This document shows positions 51,660 through 64,000 of a stretch of DNA of 64,000 bases, one piece after another. Origin of the DNA: Tubiluchus corallicola (Eukaryota > Animalia > Priapulida); NCBI GenBank assembly GCA_030141605.1, contig JAQGDQ010000075.1:248001-312000 (forward strand). The letters run 5' to 3'. The notes beneath the pieces were generated by a model that made no database searches, was not told where the DNA came from, and saw nothing but the letters and a program-made list of their open reading frames with translations. The position numbers and the translations under genes are program-made. How positions within the stretch are numbered: the stretch's first letter is position 1; each line of letters begins with the position of its first letter.

Positions 51660-54600
51660 ATTACTGTAAGTTGTCTGCATGTAAACGGGTTTATTATATT
51701 TTACGCCTTTTGTGGTCTGACATAATCTGCATATGTGAAACACATGTTACATCAAATAAGCCAAGAGAATTACCTGGTTATAATTCAGTAACAGGAAGTT
51801 TTTACATAAATGTGCTGTAAAACCACCAGATGGCGTTGGGGTTTTTGTTAAAAATCTTCGTTTCAGCGTAAATATTTTAGATGCATCTTGTGACGGACTA
51901 TTAGTACTTTCATGTAAAACCGCCAAAGTGCAATTCAAGAAGGCAGGAAAGTCAACAGTTTCCATTTGCTAGCAGTTATTTATTCATACGCTGACGCGGA
52001 ATTCCAAATTGTTTGTGAAGATTCTAATGCAAAGCAACTTTATCGAGGAGGTATATGAAGTACTTGCTCATAAAATTATAAATGTTAAAACGAACAAGCT
52101 TGGAAAATCTTACTTTAGTCTTTCATAGACGTGAAATTTGCCGTTTTTAATGGTAGAGTTACTACTGAGTTTGATATTTTGCATCAGTTTCTGTAAGGGG
52201 GAAATCTGTGGTAAGTTATATTGTTCTATGAGCTCATGGAGCGGTTTATTTTAAAGTATATACTGTGTCTAAACTTATCAAAAACTTTAATTTGCAGGCT
52301 TCGGGTGAAAGGCCAAATGACTCATTATTAACTTGGTTCTTTTAATATTATTTACGAACGGTAACCAGTCCCTGTCATTCACAGTGGTCTCTAGAACATT
52401 TGAGTTGATCAAAAGTGATTTTAGCTTAAACCAAACAAGTTAGTAATGCTGCTAGTGAACACTACAAGTAAATAAACGATCCAAGTACCGGTTGGTTCCT
52501 ATAGTTTTCTTATATAGGCCTGCTATACAAGCCGATACTCAGGATATTAGCGAACGCTGGTAAATTTATTCACAGATTGTGATGATGAACTATAGTGTGT
52601 ATAGTGGGAATATTTCAAGATGAGTCGAGTACTGTTCTACCCTTGCATAAGAAACCAAAATCCATTTCTACAAGTAAAACGCGCACATCCAAATCGCGGA
52701 TGAATCAAAATTTAGTAAATCTGTTGAACGATGTTTGATTTAAAAAAAATCTTCAATGACACAAATAAGGCGTCATTTAAATGATGACTTTATTAAAATC
52801 GCTCAAAATAACTTTAATAAAATGGTTAGAAACACTAAAGACGATCTTTTAAACAAGAGGATATAGCTAAAATGGAAGTGAATGGCCAAGTTTTGGTTTG
52901 GAAGCAAATTCAAAATATGAGCCCACGTAAAAAGGAAATGATATTTTGAACTTAGTAGTTGTTGAGGTGAGTAGTTTTCAAGTAATCTTCTGGAAATTGG
53001 GAGAATATGGAGAACAAATTTTAAAAATCTTTTTACTAAAATTAATATTCCCCCTGGAATCTACAATAATACCTGTTATTGCCAGATAATTCGTAATGAT
53101 TTTTGAAGCAGTTCAAAACCATGCGATAAAGTCTGCATTTGCAGACAGATCATGTATAAAAGAAAATTTGTTATACGAGCCATTCATTGAAAGCGAAATA
53201 AAGAAAGTTTTGTTTAACATTAATAATAATAAAGCTACTGGTATGGACGGTCTGCCCAATAAAGCTTTAAAGAAGGATAGTGCTTTAAAACATTTGTGAA
53301 ATCTTTTCTCAAGACACTTTTCGAACGGTCTTACAATCAAAATATGAAACAGGGCAATTACAAGCTAATTCCTAAATGGTCCAATAAGGACCTACGTGTA
53401 CCTTTAAATTACAGAGGCATAAGTTTATTTTCTTCAGCTTCTTGATTATATAGTTCTGTATTGAAGAATAGGCTTGTTAATTTTCTGGAAACAAATAATT
53501 TATTAATAGATCAGCAGAACGGATTCAGAAGATCATGTTCTTATACAGAGACCACGTTTTTGTGTTGGCATAAATCGTATCTAACTCGTAGTAACTAGTA
53601 AATTATTCTTTGCCTTTTAAATCATTGTACGATAGCCCACAGTCCAATGTTAAACTAAGTGGAGATTTGTCGGAATGGTGTTCTACTGATTTAGGGGTAA
53701 AGCATGGTGATAATGTATCCACAACTTTATTTGCGGTTTATGTTAATGATTTAGCAATACAATTAAATAAATTTAATTTTGGCATAAATATAGACGATGA
53801 TTTGTACATTAATGAACTTTTTATATGCAGTTGACATAGCTATTTTAACAGAATCTCTAGAAAAATTACAATCTATGTTGGATATAGTTGAAAGTTACTG
53901 TTACCAGTGGCATTTAAGTCTTAATGAAGAGAAAGACAATATTGTACATTTTAGAAAGAAGTCCGAAATTGTAACAAATTTTCATTTTAAATAAGGTAAT
54001 AAAACTCCCATGGTTATGTCTGATTATAAATACCTGGGAGTAGTACAAGAAGCATTTCTCACCTTCGAATCGGTTGTAACCATAATGTCTTACTCTGAGC
54101 GCGCACTGGCAGCAGTCATTTCAAAACTGCATACTTTCAAAGGCCTGTTCTTTAGTACTTACACTAAGCTTTTTGACGGCGTGAGGGGATTCAAAGAATT
54201 TGACAAAATTAACGCAGTTCAGAAGAAAGCTCTTAGATCTTTCATGGGCTGTTATAGATTTATAGATATACACCTAAGTTAGCTAACACCGTAAACATAC
54301 GCAGGAAAACTGAAATGTTACGTTTGGGGCACATATTTGTTAATACGGATTTAGACAGATCGACAAAGAAAATTTTATTTGGGATCAAAACCATTTGTTA
54401 ATTGCGGCATTAAGAACTGGAGTTATAAAACGAATAAGATTTTCGCCGAATACGGGCTACCCAGATGCGTGTATCTAATTTGCAAACTATAATTAGCATT
54501 CCCCATTACTAAAACAAAGTGTTAGTAAAATATAAGAAAGAGTGGTTACGAAGTGGACCATAAATCCAAATTAAGATTATTTAAACTATTTACATGAATG

Positions 54601-55263
54601 TAGCCATGACAAGAGCTCATCGGTCATTGTTGTTACAGTTTACTGGGTGTGGTGTTTTACCTTTGCGCATGCAAACTAGCAAGTTTCAACAAACTGACTT
54701 ACCTAAACAATAGAATTCGTTTATTAAGTGAAGAATTAATGTTTTACAGAATGTTCTCTTTATGATGATTATAGAGATGATCTGTATGTTAGATGTTGTA
54801 TTAGAAAAGAAGATTTTCACAGTTTGACAATTTGGGCGGAAATTATTTTTAATTATGACAGAAAATAAAATAAAAGAAAAGCAAAATGTGTACAAAAACG
54901 TTATGAGAAAAGACAGAAAGAATTATATAAGTAATCATCGTTCTCCTAATTTCTACATGATTGAATAGAACGTGTGGTATTAGTTGTTTGATTGAACGCC
55001 GTACAGTAACGATAGTCACGTAGTAGCACACTAACCAGCTTTCTTTACGATAGTAATGTACGTGCATTTATTGCAATAGTGTTACTGCAATTGCAATTTT
55101 GTTGTTACAATAAGTTCTGACTGATATAAATTAAAATAATAATAGTAAATGCCATAATAAGTCCCACTATAATAAACAATTTCCACTACTACTGTCGCTG
55201 CTGCTGCTACTACTGCTACTACTACTACTACTGCTACTGCTGTTGCTGCTGCTGCTGCTGCTG

Positions 55264-55310
<47 letters not shown>

Positions 55311-55338
55311 GCTACTACTACTACTACTACTACTACTG

Positions 55339-55428
<90 letters not shown>

Positions 55429-55470
55429 ACTACTAATACTACTACTACTACTAATACTACTACTACTACT
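51660..55470 (+). mobile_element. decayed near-full-length LINE ORF2 (APE endonuclease + RT), RTE-X-like, with (CTA)n tail
   Basis: Endonuclease: DIICICETH, DGVGVFVKN, FNGRVT, frameshifted RGKSVVSY. RT: NNKATGMDGLPN, PLNYRGISL, DQQNGFRR, GVKHGDNVSTTLFAVYVNDL, LYAVDIAIL, YKYLGV. AATAAA at 55171 followed by (CTA)n. Confidence 0.9.
55184..55470. repeat. (CTA)n/(CTG)n microsatellite
   Basis: Direct reading. Confidence 0.97.
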
Positions 55471-58289
55471 GAATCAGGAAACTAGTTCGCTAAACTTAAT
55501 AGCCCAAACTTCTTTTAAAGCCATACAATTAACACTAATAAATTCTGCAGCGAATTACGTCTAAGGCTGGTACTTTTTTCCTGGATGTGAGTCTTGCTGT
55601 ATGTTACAGTATGTACCTTTTCGACCCTGTTTATACCTTTATTTGTAATCTTTATTGCTATGAATAAAACTTTTTAAATTCCGTATAAGGATTGCGGACC
55701 TTATCAGAATATCATATAAGTATAAAATCATTAACTGTTAACTGATTTTCGAGAATTCTAGATTACGCTTTTGCAAACAAGCCGTCTTGCGACAAGAAAC
55801 AATTATAATTTTGTTGTGTTCAATGGCTTTAAATTGAGAGCTGTTATATTTTAAGAATTTCTCTTATAGTGTGTACACATATATTGCATTCAAGACCAAA
55901 TATTAACCTTTTCGCCTTACATAAAGAATTGGGGGGGGGGGTGAGATAAGACTGCTTTCGTCACAACTCAGTTGCGGAAGCAATTATATATAGATTCTTT
56001 GTCAGCAAAATAGTGCTCTAATTTTTTAACATTGAAAACTTCTTTTCATGTACGCCTACGGTATTTATGAAACAACAGTATATTAAAATATAAAATACTT
56101 CACAGGTGTGCAAATAATTTTAGAAAGTATAAAAAGCAGATCTTTAGATAAAATAAATAAAGCTTAGTAAGTAAGGCTCTTAGACTACTCGTGAAGTAAC
56201 AATTTCGCTTTTGAAATGAAAATTACTGTTTTCATTTTCGGTTTTTGTAATACCAGAAGCCGTAATTGAATACATACATATTACAGAGTCACAAAATTAT
56301 ATGAGGCAGATGAGACCTAAAGTAAGCTGCACTGTAAAAGAACGAAACAGGAAATGTTTACTACCTCCCCCCCATGTAGAATATTTACGATACAAGCAAA
56401 CAGTTAAACCATTCAAAGTTCATTTCATATTTTTCAAACCAGAGGTTTACATTTAAAAATGCCTGTACATTTAAAAAAACACTGTGTGTGTTGTGGAAAT
56501 TGTGGCAAGCAACGTGTTGTGAAAATTTACACTCTTCAGTGTTAACATTGCATAATATTTATTTTCCGATCGTTAACCGTCGGACGTCAGACACGAAAGG
56601 TACAAAAATCACGAAAAGATTACTCACTCGCAACAGTATAGTACAGCATTAATTTGTCGACTGAAAAGACCAATAAAGTGTTTTATTGCATAAAAACAGA
56701 ACTTGTTCGTTGCTACAACAAAGAAACAACAGACAACCATCACAGCTGGCCACCAAATGACGCGTGTTGAATGTGGGCAAGCGCGTATACGGTACGCAGT
56801 TTGAAAGCGAGTAGCGCATTGTGGAAGGAGGAGACGTGGTACCCATCTAAGCTAGTACGTCAGCTTAGCGTGTTGGCGGTACATAGTTCATAATTAAACG
56901 TTTTTGGGGTTTTATCGTCTGAAAGTTAATTTTAAGGTATTTTAAGGCACAAATTTAAATTTTTTAGCTAAAACATTAAACTACACCCAACATGTTACTA
57001 GTGTTGTCCTTCCCTTTAAAAACATTAGATGCTAAAATACTAATTTTGATACTAAAACACATTTCTCTATGGCGACATTTAAGTGGGGCAATGAAAGTTT
57101 AAAGTTCAAAGTTTAAACTTGCGCATCAACGTATCATCATCGCCATCATCAACATCGTCATCATCACCATTATCTGTTACTGCCCCCTAGTCTAAGTCAT
57201 TACCATAACACCACCACCATCGTAATAAACATCTCCATTGTTAACATATCACACCACTGCTATCATTATTACTAAAATCATTGTTGCCAACGCTATTACC
57301 ATTTTCGTTGTCATCGTCTCCGTCATCATCGTTATCTTCTGATTATCTTCATCGCATTTTGGCTGACGGCATATCATTAAATGAAAAAAACAGAGCTTCT
57401 CTAAGGATATTTGCCGCAAACAGATTCTTGCAGTATATATACAATGGGTTTTCGCTCTCATAGGTCTCATTCGGCAAAAGCTTATTTAGGAATAGTATCT
57501 GTTTGATACTTTGAGGAGCATGTTATCTTTTTAAGTAAAAGAAACATTAAACGAACAGCGAGAATGATGCATGTATTAGTTGTATTGTCGCGCAGGTGCT
57601 GCTAATCTTATTTATGAGTACCAGTGCATTAAAGACAAACGAGAAAATATATTACGACAAGCAGGACTACGACCAAGCTAGCCTAAGAATAATGGTAATT
57701 GAGGACGCAAATTCGCAAGGGAAATTCTTGAAATGGCACAGATTGCTTCACGAGTGGCGTACGTAAAACTGGGATGCAGTTGATTGAAATTGCAAGTGTT
57801 TCCAAGCAGTGAGCATCCAAGGTGAGTAATGGCGCACAACTTATTAAATGCCTTTGTTGCGTTAACATGGCATATTTACAAGCTGCGGTATGTTAAAGTT
57901 TGAAAAAATCGGATGCTAAAAGCAATTGTATTTTAGCAGGCTACTAATATGCTAACATCCTCCGCGGACAGGATGAGCCAACACTTATAGTTTCACCCCA
58001 GAATTAAATGCGGAATTTCATCCCCACATTTTATCCCGGGATTTCTCCCTGATCATTGTACGCAACTTTGCACAGTTCGAACAAAGCTACATTGTCTGTC
58101 ATTAGTGTCAAATTCCATGTGAATTTTTAGTAAGATAATAGAACAATCTTTACACGTTAGAAAATCTGCCCAGCCGCTTGATTAGGTGATATATATATAT
58201 CCTTATAGAAACTTATGAATTTAGTGGGTAACGGAAGACCTACAAGTCAGCTGTAACGAAGTTTATAGCTGTTTCTTAATTATAGTTTT

Positions 58290-58920
58290 AATTTTTATTT
58301 AATTCAGAACACATAGCACTATATTTACAACAAACATAAAAATTATTGATAAAATATGTTAAAAATTACTAACTAAAAATCTATAATACATATGAAAAAT
58401 ACCTTGCCTAAAAATGTGCAACTAAAAGTCAAAAGCATAATATGTTTCGCCAATTTTTAAAAAATGGAGACTCAAATAAAACAGCAGATTTTATACAGCC
58501 ACAAACTAGAATGTCATTTTTAATTGCAAGAATGCGATTTCTTAAACTATAGCAACTCTTCCTCATTAATACTTTAAAGTGTGGACATGTATAAAATGTC
58601 TCCAACCTAATTCGTCATATTTAAAAAAAATTACTGAAAGCAACATTATACGCCGATCTGAGTTTTGCAATGTTATGTCGCCTATAAGATATCCATATGA
58701 TGTTATACGCTTTGAACAAGACACTTTTTACTTCCTTTGAACAATAAAAAAATTAATTACATAGCTTATTATTAGTTATTGGGTAGAATAATCTTAACTG
58801 GTTAGCAATATCTACGTCGTCACTATAATCATCAGATAATATGTGCCCCTGATATTTTTCGCTTTTGCTGACGTTAATTAGTTTACCATTAAAAAAACTT
58901 TTCCAGTTACAATATTTCGC
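58290..58920 (-). mobile_element. decayed LINE 3' fragment (post-RT region), RTE-X-like
   Basis: KYQGHILSDDYSDDVDIANQLRLFY, FYCSKEVKSVLFKAY, AKLRSAYNVAF; minus-strand AATAAA near 58295. Confidence 0.75.
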
Positions 58921-58928
58921 GTCCTTTC

Positions 58929-59063
58929 GGCAAAGCTGGCAGTACGATACGGTACGATAATTCGTACCTCTAAAATATACCGTACAGTAATTCCGCACCG
59001 TACCTACAAAATCGAATCATACCGTACTAGTACGATAAAATATCGTACCGTAATTTCGTGCCA
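58929..59063 (+). mobile_element. MITE fragment with CGTAC/GTACG repeats
   Basis: Terminus GGCAAAGCTGGCAGTACG shared with 34719-34736 (minus strand); dense CCGTAC/GTACG units. Confidence 0.6.
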
Positions 59064-59886
59064 AGTTCATGTAGGATCTACTATAAAAATATAAAGAGTA
59101 GCAAAAAAGTTTATGAATTTATGAGTACTATAAAAACAAAACTCCTGTTTTAACTTACATACTATTTATTTTAGATTACAAAAGCTACACAATACAGGCT
59201 AATGAGGCTATGCTGTTATATTATATACAAAAGCAGTCTGATGATCTTTTGCACAGATCCGCAAAGTTGACAAGACTCGCCCCTGACGCACACCATTAAA
59301 CATTTTAAAATCTTCAGATAGACTACCCCATCTCACTCTTTTTGATGGAGTACTCACGCAGATAGAGGGGTTTTAATCACGTGAAACCATTGTTTTTAAT
59401 TAAAGGCTTCACATAATAAGCCAATGTAATGTAATCGTTGTAATAATGTGTATTTTCTTTTGCCTGTCCTGCAAATGACAACATAAAAACTTTATATATG
59501 AAAACGATTTGTAAAACAATTTTAGAAAAAGCGACTTGTTAAAGTAAGCAAAACGCTACAGTTTTATAGCGACATTTCCTTTCTAACTGCTCTATCATTA
59601 TTCATGTTAATCTCGCAAAGCAAATGTCAAAAGACCATTTTGCCAGCTATTTCAGTTCAGTTTATGTTTTGTACAAAGTAGATATGACACCTCAAGCCAA
59701 ATATTTTATGAAATTAAAACGTAAAATAGAAGAACTCAGAATCGAACGATAAATTTATAGGACTTCACAGACAAAATTTTTGTCTTCTTTGCTTAACATC
59801 ACCATTCAAAACAGCTTCTGTCTCACAAGTGCGAGTGAAAATGCAAAATTCAGGCAAAACATATTGCGCCTTTTAGGCAACTTACA

Positions 59887-61460
<1,574 letters not shown>

Positions 61461-61469
61461 ATTACTGTA

Positions 61470-62107
61470 CAGTGTTCCCTCGCTACTTCGCGGTTCGTTT
61501 ATCGCGGACTCGCTGTTTCGCGGGTTCTCAAAAATATTAATGTAAAATATTTATCGCGGTATTTTCGCTGTTTCGCGGGTTTTTGCGGTACTCCGTCTAA
61601 AGTATTTTTGCACATGCGTAGTATGTATTGTACAGTAATGTATAGATTTGATGAATTTTGCACAAAAAAATCACAAAATGTATAAAAATATATCAAAAAT
61701 ATTAATTCTAACATTAAAAGAATATTATAAATCATAAAATTAACATTTACAGTAAATAGTGCATTTATTCGGCGGATGAATACACACCAAAAACGAAATG
61801 TAGTACTTGCGCCGGCTTGAGATGCTACTTGCCGACGTGAGATTGTACACAACACAAGATTGGTTGATTGATGGAAAGCGACCAAGCGAACATTTAAGTA
61901 AAGTTTTTAAAAAGGTACATGTACAGTATGGGAAAAGTTATTAAGGGAATGTGAAAGGGTTATGTATAAGAGTGTGGGGAGGGTTTATAAAGATTTAAAC
62001 TAATGTATAGCTACTAAAATAAGTATAGTGTCCCTACTTCGCCGCGAAAATTCACTTATCGCGGATGGGCCTGGAACGGAACACCCGCGATAAGTGAGGG
62101 AACACTG
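61470..62107. mobile_element. Tigger/pogo-like (Tc1-mariner superfamily) non-autonomous element, 638 bp
   Basis: TIRs CAGTGTTCCCTC...GAGGGAACACTG; TA on the left, TG on the right; repeated TTATCGCGG / TTTCGCGGG subterminal motifs. Confidence 0.85.
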
Positions 62108-63949
62108 TGCAAACAAAACAGCAAACAAGAACTAGGAGATCCTTGTTTCACTCCACAGTTGTAACACAAGAGATCATCTCCAATAATGCTACTGAAAAAG
62201 TTACTGAGCGACACGACTGCTTTTAGAATTACATTAAATTTCTACGGACAGCACAGAGCAAAAATATTGTAAGTAAGCAACAAAAGTACCTAATTGAAAC
62301 TAACTGAAAACAATGCAGCCATTTAAGCACTGTCGAATACTGGATGAAATTAAATGGTATAAGGTTTTGCTTGAAAAACTCAAATAACTCTACCGTGATC
62401 CAGGTTCGCCGTGTGAGCCTTTTGAATGCTGACTGAAATTATGCTCGATTATGTATATACACGTAGTTCTTTCATTAACTAGTATACGGTAACTATTTTG
62501 TTAATAAGAAACATAACTTACTATCTTATCCAGGAATTCTTAAGAATAGCGTGTCGAATTAATGCCAAACGTCCTGTCTATATTAAATTTGACCAAGAAT
62601 TGTCATCAACCTGCATACAGTGTTAAGTGGTTGTTTCGTTCATACATATTCATTAAATCCAGAATAGCGTCATTAACATAATCCGAATCACTCGTCTTTG
62701 GTATTCTCGGCATAAAATGAGCTGGATGGTAGAATTGACACAGATAAATAGCCAAAGAAATTAACGCGTTTGTGAGAAGCAAATGAGTTTCTTTAAAGCA
62801 TCCTGCATGAATTATCACACAAGGTGAGTTAAGTCAAAACTGCGATGCGATTAAAAGCAAAAACTATACTCCAGGTCTTGCTACATATTATGATGTTTAG
62901 CTCAAATCAGTCGGTCAACTCGAGCTTGCGAAGCTAAACCGTAAAACTGTTATACATTGTGCCGATAATATGTACCTGATGATAGTTACAGTTAAACTTC
63001 AATCATTCAGCGCAAGCAGTATACTCGCCATCATGACAAACACTACTTTCCAGATTTTGCAGTCACAGTTGCTCGCAAAAACTAAGTATCCATTTTCATT
63101 TTGTGATAAATCAGCACGTTGTCTTTTGCCCCAAAACTTGAATCGCGAACTTATAAAGAAAGAAATGGTCTCTCTCTCTCAACTGTACTGTTGTTAATAG
63201 TGAGCCTGCATAAAACGTACGAAACACATTCCAGAACTTCTACAGTGCTCAATGACTGTCTTTGACAAAATACTGTTGAAATTTCATTTTTTGCACTCCC
63301 CGGGCATCTCCACCCTTTGCCACGAGGCACCTGAAAAAGCCAGCAGGTCACCAAAGGAGTTACGTCAAGCGGGTTAACATGCAATTCATAAACTCCAGGA
63401 GCTCGGCTGCGTATCGACCAGTAGTTACAGAGGCTTGCCTAGGTTAGACTTTGAAGCCAAGTTGCTCGCAGCGATCTCAAGCAGATGTGCATGTCAGCTT
63501 CATTCATAGCTTTTTGGCCCGGCAGCAAGCAACTTGTGTTGATAACTCTATGGAGAATTTTACGCTGACTAGTAGGGTAATTATAGTAAATAGTTAACGG
63601 AGTTTGTGGTCTGGTAATCTGAAAATGGCTTCCTGAAAAACACCGACTCTGAAATTGCACATTCGATATTTGGCTGGAGCCTCATTGCTATTTCGCAGCA
63701 TGGAGTGTGTGTTGTAGTGCTGTATACCGCTTGTTTAATTGCTAGTTAAGGCATCTATAATAAATTTGGGCTAGAGAATAAATGTAGATCTAGTAATTGT
63801 CAAGAGAGTAAAATAACGGGTATAATTCTTTACATTCAGGTTACAGTGAAGTTGCTGAATATACTTCAGATTCTTATATTATGGGAAAAAAATGAAATGA
63901 TTTTTTTCCTTTGTCGTCTATTTTTTCGTAGTTTGATTACTATTATGTA

Positions 63950-64000
63950 CTAGCTGAGTCCATCCGCGTTACGGATGTTGTTTTGCATGCCACTTTGATC
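63950..64000 (-). mobile_element. Helitron 3' terminus (element continues beyond window)
   Basis: Minus strand: hairpin CATCCGT-AAC-GCGGATG, 7 nt, then CTAG followed by T. Confidence 0.65.

Overview
AT-rich eukaryotic DNA, probably an invertebrate intergenic or large-intron region (inferred from the repeat families). I found no intact protein-coding gene, rRNA, tRNA or CRISPR array. The longer ORFs in the track are mostly microsatellite artefacts or fragments of decayed transposons. Retroelement remains include five decayed LINE reverse-transcriptase bodies (I/Jockey-like, CR1-like, three RTE-X-like), one LINE endonuclease remnant and tRNA-derived SINEs. DNA-element remains include a Helentron-type HINE, a Helitron 3' end, a Tigger/pogo-like MITE, a Mutator-like element with inverted subterminal arrays and a TSD, and a piggyBac-like transposase remnant. 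The most unusual locus is 20.1-21.5 kb. There a 350-bp LTR-like element carries a ~195-nt rod-like hairpin whose G.U pairs favour folding on the + strand. It sits between two 250-bp direct copies (248/250 identical) of the piggyBac remnant. Several large microsatellites start just after an AATAAA and look like expanded retroposon tails. All family assignments come from recalled motifs, not database searches.
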